This document shows, in pieces, positions 1-9,741 of a DNA stretch of 64,000 nucleotides. The position numbers and the translations under genes are program-made. Source of the DNA: an uncultured Gemmatimonadales bacterium (GTDB lineage: Bacteria; Gemmatimonadota; Gemmatimonadetes; Gemmatimonadales; GWC2-71-9); the NCBI GenBank assembly GCA_963828735.1, contig CAWHFW010000006.1:72403-136402 (forward strand), written 5' to 3'. Each line of letters opens with the position of its first letter. Within the stretch, counting starts at the first letter, position 1. The notes beneath the pieces were generated by a model. That model made no database searches, had not been told where the DNA came from, and saw only the letters and a list, made by a program, of their open reading frames with translations.

Positions 1-1174
1 CTGGTGCTCTACGGCCGGGGCGATCCCACCTTCGGCAAGCGCTGCTTCTCGACCGACACGATGCGTGAAGGCGCATGCGAGACCGACTCGTTCACGCGCC
101 TTCGCCAGCTGGTCGAAGGACTGCGCGCGCGCGGCATCCACGAGGTCCACGGCGACCTCGTCGGCGACGGCAGCTACTTCGAGCCGACCACCGTACACCC
201 GGGCTGGGAGGCGTTCGATCTCAACTGGTGGTACGCCGCGCCCGTCTCGGCGCTGGGCTTCAACGACAACAGCGTCGACTTCGACTGGGGGCCCGGCACG
301 GCTCCCGGCGCGCCGGCGCTGATCACGATGTCGCCGGACGTGGGTGACTTGACCTTCGAGAACCGCACGGTGACGGTGGCCCGCGGGCGGCGAGTCGGAC
401 ATCGGCGACCGCTTCTACCGCGAGCCCGGCACGCTGCACGTCTGGGCGGAAGGCACGGTGGCGCTCGATCAGCCGACGCGGACCGAATCGTTCGCGATGC
501 CGGACCCCAACCTCTATACCGCTCGGGCGTTGCGGCAGGTTCTGGCCGAGGCGGGCATCGCCATCACCGGCACCACCCGCTCGACTACCGACTCGATGCA
601 ATATCGGCAAGCCCGGAGCGCACCAGCGCTCGCCGAGATCAGCTCGCGTCCATTCCGCGAATGGGTGTTCCCGATCCTCAACCGGAGTCAGAACTGGTTC
701 GCCGAGATGGTGCTCAAGCAGCTCGGACGCCAGTTGGGCCGCGCGGGCTCGTGGGACGAGGGATTGGCGGTGGAGCGTCGCTTCCTGATCGATTCGGTCC
801 GGGTGGACTCGACCGAGTTCAGGCTGCAGGACGGCTCGGGCCTCTCGAGCGGGAACCTGGTGAGTCCGCTCGCCTTTACGAAGATCCTGCGCTTCATACG
901 GTCGCACCCGCGCGCGCCCACCTTTCTCGCCGGGCTGCCGCAGTCGGGCGGCGTGGGCTCGCTTCGAAGCCGCTTCGTCGGGACGCCACTCGAGGGGCGG
1001 GTACGCGCGAAGGACGGAAGCATCGGCGGAGTGAACTCCCTTTCAGGGTTCATCGAGCGGGCCGACGGCCGCGTGTGGACATTCTCGGTGCAGGCGAACC
1101 ACCACACGCAGTCCGGGCGTACCGCGATCATGGCGATCGACAGCATCGTGGTGGAGATGGGTCGGGGGAAGTAG
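1..1174 (+). CDS. dacB: D-alanyl-D-alanine carboxypeptidase/endopeptidase (PBP4, peptidase S13), 5'-truncated, frameshift near 385
   Basis: GRGDPTF, SQNWFAE (SxN), DGSGLS and RAKDG (KTG-like) motifs split over ORFs 4.. and 458..1174. Confidence 0.85.
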
Positions 1175-1344
1175 CGCGATTCCGGCGGCGGTCGTCTACC
1201 GCACGGAAGGGATGGCGCGCTCGCCTCGTAGGGCCTTGCGCGTCGGTCGGCCGGGTCCTTACATGGGTCGAGTCAGGACAGCGTCAGCACCCGCCGACTC
1301 GTGCGGCGCGCTCGACCCTCACGCCTCCGATGGAGGACCAACCC

Positions 1345-1833
1345 ATGCTCCTGCTTCTCGTGCGTCACGCACACGCCGGCGACCGCGATCCCGACCGTTG
1401 GCCCGACGACCGCGAACGCCCGCTGACCGACAAGGGCCGGAAGACCCAGCGCCGCGTGAGCCGGAGTCTGGGCCAGCTCGAGCTCGCGCCCACCGCCGTG
1501 CTCACGAGCCCGTGGACCCGCGCGGCGCAAACGGCCGAGATCATCGTCAGCGAGCTCGGCCTGCCTCAGCCGCCGGTGCCCGCCGAAGCGCTGGCCACCA
1601 CACCGGACCTCTCCCGCCTGGCCGACGACATCGGCGAACCCGGCAACAACGCGATCGTGGCGCTGGTCGGGCATTCGCCGTGGATCGAGGAGCTGGCGGC
1701 TCTCCTGTTGACCGGTGAGACGGCGGGCCTCCGGATCGACTATCCGAAGAGCGGCGTGATGGCGATCGACCTGGAGCGGCCGGCCGCGGCCGCGGGCGAG
1801 CTCCGGTTCTTTCTGAGGCCGAAGATGGCCTGA
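1345..1833 (+). CDS. sixA: Phosphohistidine phosphatase SixA
   Basis: LLVRHAHA, RPLTDKG, SPWTRAAQTA, LVGHSP motifs; GGAGG RBS at 1332-1336. Confidence 0.85.
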   Translation: MLLLLVRHAHAGDRDPDRWPDDRERPLTDKGRKTQRRVSRSLGQLELAPTAVLTSPWTRAAQTAEIIVSELGLPQPPVPAEALATTPDLSRLADDIGEPGNNAIVALVGHSPWIEELAALLLTGETAGLRIDYPKSGVMAIDLERPAAAAGELRFFLRPKMA

Positions 1834-1876
1834 GGGAGGGCGGGCGGCCCGGGAGGATCGTGAGAACGAGGCCGCC

Positions 1877-2905
1877 TCAATCCTCCGTCTGCCCGAAGAT
1901 CGCCAGGTTCGACGAATGCCCCGGGTTCACCTTCGCCTTGGGGTTGATGTAGTGCACCGCGTTGTTCACCGCGATGCACGCCTCCGCGGCGCCGGTGGCG
2001 ATGAGCTTGAGCTTGCCGGGATAGGCGGTGATGTCGCCGGCCGCGTAGATCCCCGGCACGTTCGTCTCCATGAGCTGGTTGACCTTGATGTCGGCCTTCT
2101 CGGTGTCGAGTCCCCACTCCTTGATGGCGCCGAGATCCGAGTGGAAGCCGAGGAGGGGGATGACGGCATCGAGCTCGAGCGTCTCCTCCTCCTTGGTCTT
2201 GCTGTTGACGATCGTCACCCGCTCGACCCGCCCGTTCCCCTCGATCCGCTTCACCTCCCAGAACGTCCGCAGGTCGCACCGGCCCTGGCGACACAGCTCG
2301 TGCACCTGATTGATCGTCGCGGCGTGCGCGCGGAAGCCGTCGCGCCGGTGGATCAGCATGATGGACTTGGCGACCCCCTGCAGGTTGACCGCCCAGTCGA
2401 AGGCCGAGTCCCCGCCTCCGACGAGGAGCACCCGCGCGCCCTCGAACTGCTTCGGGTCGAGGACCTTGAAGTAGAGCCCCTTCTCCTCGAAGGCGTCCTC
2501 GCCCGCGATGCCGAGGCGGCGGGCCTCGAAGGCCCCGATCCCGGCCGCGATCACGATGGTGCGCGACGGGTAGTCCCCGCCGTCGGTCTCGAGCACCAGA
2601 TGACCGCCGTGATCGTCCTCGACCCGCCGCAGGCCGGTCACGATCTCGCCCAGGTGGGTGGTGGCGCCGAACTGAAGCCCCTGCGCGGCCATGTCCCGCA
2701 CCAGGTCCTTGGCGAGAACCTTGGGAAACCCGGCGACGTCGAAGATGTATTTCTCCGGGTAGAGCGCCATCAGCTGGCCGCCCAGAGCGGGGAGCGCGTC
2801 GACGATCCGCGCCGACGCGCCCCGCATGCCCGCGTAGAACGCCGCGAACAGGCCGGTGGGCCCCCCGCCGATGATCGAGATGTCCTTCAGGTCCTGCTCT
2901 GCCAC
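1877..2905 (-). CDS. Ferredoxin-NADP+ reductase (thioredoxin-reductase-like, YumC type)
   Basis: GGGPTG FAD motif, LYPEKYIFDV, GGGDSA NADPH motif, PGHSS C-terminus, no CxxC. Confidence 0.85.
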   Translation of the reverse strand: MAEQDLKDISIIGGGPTGLFAAFYAGMRGASARIVDALPALGGQLMALYPEKYIFDVAGFPKVLAKDLVRDMAAQGLQFGATTHLGEIVTGLRRVEDDHGGHLVLETDGGDYPSRTIVIAAGIGAFEARRLGIAGEDAFEEKGLYFKVLDPKQFEGARVLLVGGGDSAFDWAVNLQGVAKSIMLIHRRDGFRAHAATINQVHELCRQGRCDLRTFWEVKRIEGNGRVERVTIVNSKTKEEETLELDAVIPLLGFHSDLGAIKEWGLDTEKADIKVNQLMETNVPGIYAAGDITAYPGKLKLIATGAAEACIAVNNAVHYINPKAKVNPGHSSNLAIFGQTED

Positions 2906-3009
2906 GTGCGCTCCTGCGGTGGACGACGGGGGTTCCGGGACAAGCGGTGGAATGTATAAAAATAGTCGGCGGTGTCATGTGCCCGGGCCCCTCCGGTAGT
3001 GTCGGGTTT

Positions 3010-3038
3010 TTGACTGTAACAGCTTCCGGTCGTAGCTT
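3010..3038 (+). promoter_or_regulatory. sigma70-type promoter for the Cys-rich mini-gene
   Basis: TTGACT-17 nt-TAGCTT. Confidence 0.65.
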
Positions 3039-3073
3039 GGAGGGTGGCGGGCATTCCCGCCAAGGAGGACCCT

Positions 3074-3157
3074 ATGGCAGAGGCAAGCTGCGGCTGCACC
3101 AAAGGCTGTTGCGATACAGGGTGTTGCTGCGGGACCAGCGCCTGCAAGTGCGGGTGA
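3074..3157 (+). CDS. Metallothionein-like 27-aa Cys-rich peptide MAEASCGCTKGCCDTGCCCGTSACKCG
   Basis: Hand translation; 9 of 27 residues Cys; AAGGAGG RBS at 3062-3068; flanked by promoter and terminator. Confidence 0.8.
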   Translation: MAEASCGCTKGCCDTGCCCGTSACKCG

Positions 3158-3180
3158 GCGAGTCCGGTGACTGAGTGAAG

Positions 3181-3208
3181 GGCCGGGGAATGCTCCCCGG
3201 CCTTTTTT
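3181..3208 (+). terminator. Rho-independent terminator
   Basis: GGCCGGGGA-atgc-TCCCCGGCC followed by TTTTTT. Confidence 0.85.
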
Positions 3209-3273
3209 CTGGGCTCGCCCGCCTTGCAGCCGCGGGAGAACACCGTGATGGCCGCTCTGGAGGTGGACGGACC

Positions 3274-3825
3274 ATGTCGATGAAGATCTACACCCGGACC
3301 GGCGACGAGGGCGAGACCGGCCTGTTCGGGGGCGGGCGGGTGCCCAAGGACCACCCCCGCGTCTCCGCCTACGGGGACGTGGACGAGCTCAACTCGAGCA
3401 TCGGGGTCGCCCGCGCGATCGCGCCGCTCGAGTTCTTCGATCCGCTGCTCGAGTCGGTGCAACGGGACCTGTTCGCGATCGGCGGTCACCTCGCCACGCC
3501 CGACCCCGGGAAGGTGGCAAAGGCGCTCGAGAAGGCAGAGCTGTCGGAGGCACGGGTCGCCGAGTTCGAGCGCGTCATGGACGCGGCCGACGAGGACCTG
3601 CCTGCCCTCCGCGCGTTCGTGCTGCCCGGGGGGACGCCCAAGGCGGCCGCGCTGCACCTCGCCCGCACCGTGTGCCGCCGCGCGGAGCGGAGCGTGGTCC
3701 ACCTCGCGCACGAATCCGAGGTGCCGCAACTCTTCGTGGTCTACCTCAATCGCCTGTCGGATCTGCTCTTCACGCTGGCCCGCCTGGCCAACCATCGCGA
3801 TGGCGCGGGCGACGTCACATGGTGA
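3274..3825 (+). CDS. ATP:cob(I)alamin adenosyltransferase (PduO type)
   Basis: KIYTRTGDEGETGL, YGDVDELNS, RTVCRRAER, YLNRLSDLLF. Confidence 0.93.
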   Translation: MSMKIYTRTGDEGETGLFGGGRVPKDHPRVSAYGDVDELNSSIGVARAIAPLEFFDPLLESVQRDLFAIGGHLATPDPGKVAKALEKAELSEARVAEFERVMDAADEDLPALRAFVLPGGTPKAAALHLARTVCRRAERSVVHLAHESEVPQLFVVYLNRLSDLLFTLARLANHRDGAGDVTW

Positions 3826-3832
3826 GCGCCGG

Positions 3833-4925
3833 GTGAACGCGCCGCCGGTCGTCGTCACTCACGCCCTGGGCAGCTATCCGGTGTACGTCGAGCCTGGCGT
3901 GGTCGCCCGGCTCGAGGGGATCCTCGCCGAGCACCTGGACGCGCCGCGGATCGCGATGATCGCGGACAGCGCGGTGTACGGGCTGCTCCAGGCCGGTCAT
4001 CTCGGACGCTCGCCGTGGACCGGGGATGCGCCTTCTGTTTCCCCCCGGGGAAACCTCGAAGACGCGCGACCATTGGGCGCGACTCACCGACACGCTGCTC
4101 GCGCAAGGCTATGGCCGCGACAGCGGGATCATCACGCTGGGCGGCGGAGTGGCCGGCGACCTCGGCGGGTTCGTCGCGGCCACCTACATGCGCGGCGTGC
4201 CGTGCGTGCAGGTGCCGACCTCGCTGCTGGCGATGCTCGACGCGTCCGTGGGCGGCAAGACCGGCGTCGACACGCCGCAGGGCAAGAATCTGATCGGCGC
4301 ATTCCATCCGCCGGTCGCGGTGCTGGCGGACCCGCGCGTGCTGGCGACGCTTCCCGAGCGTGACTATCGCGGTGGCATGGCCGAGGCGGTGAAGCACGGC
4401 CTGATCGCCGACGAGGAGTATTTCGCCTGGATGGAGCGGGAGGCGGACGCGCTCCTCGCGCGGGACGAGGCCGCACTCACGCGGCTCGTACGAAGAAGCG
4501 TCGAGATCAAGGCCGCGGTGGTGAGCGGGGACGAGCGCGAGGCGGGCCGCCGGGCGATCCTCAATGCCGGACATACGGTCGCGCACGCACTCGAGCGCGC
4601 GACGGACTTCGGGATCCCGCACGGCGAAGCCGTGGCGCTCGGCCTGGTGGCGGAATGCGCCCTGGCCGAGGCGGTGGGCGCGGCGGTGGGAGGCGTCGGC
4701 GGGCGAGTCTCGGCGCTGCTCGTCCGGCTCGGCCTGCCGATTCGGCTGGCCGAGCCGGTGGACGCCGACCGGATCATCGAGGGAATGGCGAGCGACAAGA
4801 AGAACCGTTCGGCCCGCGTGAGGTTCGCGCTGGCGAGCCGCCTAGGCGGCATGGATGCACAGGGGAGGTGGACGCGGGAGGCGCCGGAGCCTGCCGTCCG
4901 GCGCGCGCTCGACGCCATCGTCTAG
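3833..4925 (+). CDS. aroB: 3-dehydroquinate synthase, apparent +1 frameshift near 4031
   Basis: GGGVAGDLGGF, PTSLLAMLDASVGGKTG, NAGHTVAHALE, HGEAVA; N-terminus in a different frame. Confidence 0.9.
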
Positions 4926-4930
4926 GACCG

Positions 4931-6157
4931 TCAGGCCGGACCCACGACAGCCACCGGAGTCGGCCGGTCCGTGCCCTGCGTCCCGTCGCCGAGCTGCCCC
5001 GAGCCGTTGTCTCCCCAGCAGAATGCGTGATGGTCCGTCGTCACCCCGCAGCTGTGCTGGCCGACGACCGGGACGCTGACGACGCTGAATGTATGCCCGC
5101 CCGCGACCGCGGTCGGTGTCGCCGTGTTGGACCCGCCAGTGCCGAGCTCGCCGTCTGCGTTCTGGCCCCAGCAGAGCGCCGCACCCGATACAGCGAGCGC
5201 GCAAGTGTGGAAGTCGGCGGCCTTGACCGACTGGAAGCGCCGGTTGGTGGCGAGGGCTACCGGTGTGAGGCCGAACCTCTGCACGGTGCTTGTACCCCAG
5301 CAATACAGGCGGTCGTCGGTGTTGAGACCGCAGGTATACGCGAAATCCGGACTTCCTCCGCCTATAGGCGAGATGAACCCCGATCCGGGCACGACCAGCT
5401 GCCAGCTCAACCCGCCCGCCACCAGGGTAGGCGTGGCGTGGTCGGTCCGCGTCCCGTCGCCCAGCTGTCCCAGAGCGTTGTCTCCCCAGCAGTAGGCGTG
5501 GTTGTCCGTGGTGGCGCCGCACGTGTGGGTGTTGCCCGGCAGCACCCGGCGGAAGTTCAGGCCGCCTGAGACCTTCACCGGCTTCCTGCTGAAGGAGATG
5601 GAAGAGGAGGTGCCCAGCACCCCGTGGTCGTTGCTGCCCCAGCAATACGCGGCGCCTCCAGCGGCGATCCCGCAGGCGTATTGCCCGCCCGGGATCACTT
5701 GGCGCCAGTGGTGCCCGCCAAACACCAGCGTGGGAACGAGCCGCCGCGCCGCGGTGGTGTTGTCGCCCACCGCACCGTTTGTGTTATCGCCCCAGCAGTA
5801 CGCCAGGCTGTCGGTCGTGAGGCCGCAGGTGGTGCCCCCGCCCGCACGTACCTCGATGAACTTGAGGCCGCCCGCGACCTTCACCGGCCGGAGCCGGTTG
5901 GTGCGGCTGCCGTCGCCGAGCTGACCTACGGCATCGTTTCCCCAGCAGTAACCGACGTTGGCGGTCGTGACGCCGCAGGTGTACCCGGACCCGGCGGCGA
6001 CCTGGCGGAAGGACAGGGGCTGTCCGCTGACGGCCAGCTGGGGCGCGGCTCCAGCTTCGGTGGGCCCCTGCGCGTCCTCCCGACAGCCGACCACGAGTAC
6101 GAGGGTGATCCCGAGCAGCGCTCGGACGTGCGGGGCCGGCGGGGGGAGGTTGGCCAT
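4931..6157 (-). CDS. RCC1-repeat beta-propeller lipoprotein
   Basis: Seven repeats of (H/Y)TCG...AYCWG.N..GQLG; LVVGC lipobox-like site. Confidence 0.8.
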   Translation of the reverse strand: MANLPPPAPHVRALLGITLVLVVGCREDAQGPTEAGAAPQLAVSGQPLSFRQVAAGSGYTCGVTTANVGYCWGNDAVGQLGDGSRTNRLRPVKVAGGLKFIEVRAGGGTTCGLTTDSLAYCWGDNTNGAVGDNTTAARRLVPTLVFGGHHWRQVIPGGQYACGIAAGGAAYCWGSNDHGVLGTSSSISFSRKPVKVSGGLNFRRVLPGNTHTCGATTDNHAYCWGDNALGQLGDGTRTDHATPTLVAGGLSWQLVVPGSGFISPIGGGSPDFAYTCGLNTDDRLYCWGTSTVQRFGLTPVALATNRRFQSVKAADFHTCALAVSGAALCWGQNADGELGTGGSNTATPTAVAGGHTFSVVSVPVVGQHSCGVTTDHHAFCWGDNGSGQLGDGTQGTDRPTPVAVVGPA

Positions 6158-6369
6158 GGCGTGACCTCGGGGTCTGGGGGACTTTGGTGGCTGCAAGGCT
6201 ACGAAGAGGGCTTCAAGCGGATCTCAAGCGTCCCGCGCGACTGGGGGCGGACGAGGCCGATCGAGCTTGGAGTGGCGACTGCCGGACTGCTCGGGCAGCC
6301 GCGTGCGGCCCGGCTGGCGCCCGCGTGTCGCACCCTCATAGCATCGTCCTTCCGCCATGACTGCTTACT

Positions 6370-6382
6370 TAAGCCGTTGATA
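6370..6382. promoter_or_regulatory. IHF-consensus site within an AT-rich near-palindrome
   Basis: TAAGCCGTTGATA is the reverse complement of WATCAANNNNTTR. Confidence 0.45.
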
Positions 6383-6499
6383 TTAAATATCTTACGGCAA
6401 AGCTGTTCCACTTTCCACCATCGGCGACCGGTTGCTCGGTGGACAAAGGTGGGAACCATCTGTCCGGAAACGATTTGTGATGTGGATTCAACATTTTGC

Positions 6500-6528
6500 T
6501 TGACCGCCAAACCAGCCATTCCTATATT
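6500..6528 (+). promoter_or_regulatory. sigma70-type promoter of the sigma factor gene
   Basis: TTGACC-17 nt-TATATT. Confidence 0.6.
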
Positions 6529-6605
6529 CGATCCCTCCTCCTCGGCCGACCCGGCCGCCACAGCGCCGACATTCGCAACTCGTCATTCTACCCCTGGGGT
6601 TGTTT

Positions 6606-7496
6606 ATGGCCCATGTCCGTGCGAAAGCTCGTATGCTGGTCCGTTCCGCTCCGTCTGGCGCTTTCGATCAATACCTCCTCGACATCCAGAAACTCCCCAT
6701 GATCTCGGATCCCGAGGAAGAAAAGCGCCTGGCCAGGCGGGCCCTGGCCGGCGACGAGACGGCGGCGGAACGCCTGGTCACGGCCAACCTCAGGTTCGTC
6801 ATCTCCTACGTGAAGAAGTACCAGGGGCACGGGCTCGATCTCTCCGAGCTCGTCGCCATCGGCAATGAAGGGCTCCTCAAGGCGGTCAAGAAGTTCGATC
6901 CCGATCACGGCGTGAAGTTCATCTCCTACGCCGTCTGGTGGGTGCGGCAAGCGGTGCTGAAGGCGCTCGCGGAGCAGACGCGCAGCGTCCGCATCCCGCT
7001 CAACCAGAACTCCGCCCTGGTGCGGATGGCGCGGGCCCAGAGCTTCCTTGCCCAGGAGCTTGGCCGGGAGCCCACCGACCAGGAAATCGCCACCGCCCTC
7101 AACGACACCGTCGACAACATCCGCAGCGCCCGACGCATGACCTCGACCGAGGTCTCGCTCGACGCGCCGGTGGAGCGGCAGGACCGGAGCGCCAGCACGT
7201 TCGGCGAGCGCGTGGCGGGCACCGGCCAGGGCGAGATCGAGGAGATGACCGACTGCCGCCTGCAGCGCGAGTTCATCGACCGCATCTTCGAGCGTCATCT
7301 GACGCCGCGGGAGCGGAAGATCCTCTCGCTGTACTACGGCCTCGAGGAAGGCTCCGAGGCGCTCACCCTCGAGAAGATCGGGGAGCTCCTGGGCGTCACC
7401 CGCGAGCGCATCCGGCAGATCCGCGAACGCGCGTTCGAGAAATTGCGCGACTCGCCGGACGTCCGGGCCCTCCGCGGGTTCTGGGGCGCGGCGTAG
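6606..7496 (+). CDS. RNA polymerase sigma factor, RpoD/RpoS family lacking region 1.1
   Basis: Region 2 LVTANLRFV..KFISYAVWWVRQA, region 3 ELGREPT, region 4 TLEKIGELLGVTRERIRQI. Confidence 0.92.
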   Translation: MAHVRAKARMLVRSAPSGAFDQYLLDIQKLPMISDPEEEKRLARRALAGDETAAERLVTANLRFVISYVKKYQGHGLDLSELVAIGNEGLLKAVKKFDPDHGVKFISYAVWWVRQAVLKALAEQTRSVRIPLNQNSALVRMARAQSFLAQELGREPTDQEIATALNDTVDNIRSARRMTSTEVSLDAPVERQDRSASTFGERVAGTGQGEIEEMTDCRLQREFIDRIFERHLTPRERKILSLYYGLEEGSEALTLEKIGELLGVTRERIRQIRERAFEKLRDSPDVRALRGFWGAA

Positions 7497-7524
7497 GGGC
7501 GCCCGAGGGCGATCGGGCGGTTCT

Positions 7525-7556
7525 GCGGGCGGCGACGGGCTTCCGTCGCCGCCCGC
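7525..7556 (+). terminator. GC-rich hairpin after sigma factor
   Basis: 14-bp stem GCGGGCGGCGACGG/CCGTCGCCGCCCGC, weak T tail. Confidence 0.6.
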
Positions 7557-7657
7557 CGTGTTTCCGGCCGGATCAGGGCGCCGCCTCGGCGTGTCACCGG
7601 CGCCTCGTCGTTGCCGCCGAGCCCGCCGCGCAAGCGATTCCTGCTAGATTGCTGAGC

Positions 7658-8323
7658 ATGCTCTCCCGCCTGCCCGTTTTTCCTCTGACGGTCGTACTGT
7701 TCCCGGGCACGCCGCTTCCCCTGCACATCTTCGAGCCGCGCTATCGCCGCATGCTCGCCGACTGCCTCGCCGGCGACCGGCGCTTCGGGATCACGCCGAC
7801 GGGCGCCGAGCGCGAGGCGCCCGACCCTGGCATGGTCGGATGCACCGCTGAAGTCCGGGTGAATCAGGAGCTCCCCGACGGCCAGTCGAACATCGTCGTA
7901 CTCGGCGGCGAGCGCTTCGTCGTGGGGGCCGTGGTGGATGATCCGGCGCCGTATCACGTCGCGACCGTTCGGACCTTCGGCGATGAGCCCGAGACGACCC
8001 CGCCGCCGGACCGGACCGAGCTTCTGCGCCAGGCTTTCACGCGGTACGCGACCCTGGTGCGCGAGCTGAGCGATATCGAGCCGCAGGAGCCCGATCTCCC
8101 CGACGAGCCGCTGCCGCTCTCGTTTCACGTCTCCGCCGGCATCGACGTCGGGGCACCGGTCAAGCAGCGGCTCCTGGTCGAGCGCTCCACCGCGCGGCGC
8201 GTCGAGGCGCTGCTCTTGGTGCTCGCGGCCATCACGGATACGGTCGAGCGCGCGCTCGATGTCCACCAGCGGGCGCATTCCAACGGGCGCGGCCACCGGG
8301 CGCCGCCGCTACCCGCGTCGTGA
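7658..8323 (+). CDS. LON peptidase N-terminal substrate-binding domain protein
   Basis: LPVFPL.VVLFPG..LPLHIFEPRYRRML signature. Confidence 0.88.
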   Translation: MLSRLPVFPLTVVLFPGTPLPLHIFEPRYRRMLADCLAGDRRFGITPTGAEREAPDPGMVGCTAEVRVNQELPDGQSNIVVLGGERFVVGAVVDDPAPYHVATVRTFGDEPETTPPPDRTELLRQAFTRYATLVRELSDIEPQEPDLPDEPLPLSFHVSAGIDVGAPVKQRLLVERSTARRVEALLLVLAAITDTVERALDVHQRAHSNGRGHRAPPLPAS

Positions 8324-9741
8324 TGAGCCCGCATCTCGTGGACGCCCTCAGTCGGATCGTCGGGCCGCGCTGGGTTCGGCACCGGCGCGCCGAGCTCAAG
8401 ACCTACGCCATGGATGGCCTCCCGACGCGCGAATCGTTCCCGGGCGTCGTGGTCATGCCGGCGAACGCGGACGAGGTGCGCGAGACGATACGCCTCCTCC
8501 ACCTCGCCGACGTGCCGTTCGTGGCGCGCGGCGCCGGCACGGGCCTCTCCGGGGGGGCCGTGGCCGATCCCGACGCGGTGCTCATCGCCCTCACCCGGAT
8601 GAACCGCATCCTCCACGTGAACCGCGCCCGCCGCCGCGCCGTCGTGCAGCCGGGCGTCGTCAACGCGCGGCTTTCCGAGGCCGTGGCGCCGCTCGGCCTC
8701 TACTATGTGCCCGACCCGTCGAGCCAGACGGCCTGCACGGTCGGCGGCAACGTCGCCGAGAACGCCGGCGGACCGCACTGTCTCAAGTACGGGGTCACGA
8801 CCAACCACATCGTCGAGCTCCAGGTGGTCCTGCCCGACGGCTCGACGGTCGCCCTCGGATCCCCCCATGGCGAGCCCTGGGGACCGGACCTGGTCGGGCT
8901 GTTCGTCGGGAGCGAAGGCATGTTCGGCATCGTCACGGCGATCACGGTGCGGCTCGAGCCGATGCCGCCCAGCGTGCGGACCCTGCTCGCCGACTTCCCG
9001 ACCGTGCGCGCGGCGAGCGAGGCCGTCTCCTCGGTCATCGCGACGGGGATCGTGCCGGCGGCCATGGAGATGATGGACCGCGCCTGCGTCGCCGCCGTCG
9101 AGGCCTCGATCTACGCGGCGGGCTATCCGACCGACGCCGCTGCCGTGCTCCTCGTGGAGCTCGACGGCCAGGCGGACGCGGTCGACGCCGAGGCGGAGAT
9201 CGTGCAGGGGATCCTGCGGGAGCGGGGCGCGCGCTCGGTGCGGAGCGCGTCCTCCGCCGCCGATCGGGCGAAGCTGTGGCAAGGGCGCAAGAAGGCGTTC
9301 GGCGCCATGGGGCGGATCGCGCCCGACCTCGCGGTCCAGGACGCCGTGGTCCCGCGCTCGGCCCTCCCCGACATCATGGACCGCATCGCCGACATCCGCG
9401 ACCGCCACCGGCTCAGCATCAGCAACGTCTTCCACGCCGGCGACGGCAACCTGCATCCGAACATCTCCTTCGACCGTCGGGACCCCGACGTGACGCACCG
9501 GGTCCACGTGGCCTGTCAGGAGATCATGGCCGCGTGCGTCGAGGCCGGCGGCAGCATCACCGGCGAGCATGGAGTCGGCTCCGACAAGCTCGACTACATG
9601 CCCTGGATCTTCGATCCGGAAACGCTCGGCGCGATGCGCGCTGTGCGGCGCGTTTTCGATCCCGCCGAGCGAGCGAATCCGGGTAAGGTTGTTCCCCTGC
9701 ACGCCTGCCGCGAATGGCGCGCCGCGCCGGGGGCCAGATGA
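8320..9741 (+). CDS. glcD: Glycolate oxidase subunit GlcD (FAD-linked oxidase)
   Basis: ARGAGTGLSGGA, PDPSSQTACTVGGN, HAGDGNLHP, GEHGVG. Confidence 0.88.
   Translation: MMSPHLVDALSRIVGPRWVRHRRAELKTYAMDGLPTRESFPGVVVMPANADEVRETIRLLHLADVPFVARGAGTGLSGGAVADPDAVLIALTRMNRILHVNRARRRAVVQPGVVNARLSEAVAPLGLYYVPDPSSQTACTVGGNVAENAGGPHCLKYGVTTNHIVELQVVLPDGSTVALGSPHGEPWGPDLVGLFVGSEGMFGIVTAITVRLEPMPPSVRTLLADFPTVRAASEAVSSVIATGIVPAAMEMMDRACVAAVEASIYAAGYPTDAAAVLLVELDGQADAVDAEAEIVQGILRERGARSVRSASSAADRAKLWQGRKKAFGAMGRIAPDLAVQDAVVPRSALPDIMDRIADIRDRHRLSISNVFHAGDGNLHPNISFDRRDPDVTHRVHVACQEIMAACVEAGGSITGEHGVGSDKLDYMPWIFDPETLGAMRAVRRVFDPAERANPGKVVPLHACREWRAAPGAR

Noticed and set aside
4..1833. 609-aa ORF looking like a DacB-SixA fusion
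   Set aside because: Artefact of the dacB frameshift; the middle is off-frame sequence and sixA has its own RBS
4020..4050. aroB frameshift as programmed frameshifting or a pseudogene
   Set aside because: Single extra base in an otherwise intact housekeeping gene, same pattern as other indels; sequencing error is simpler
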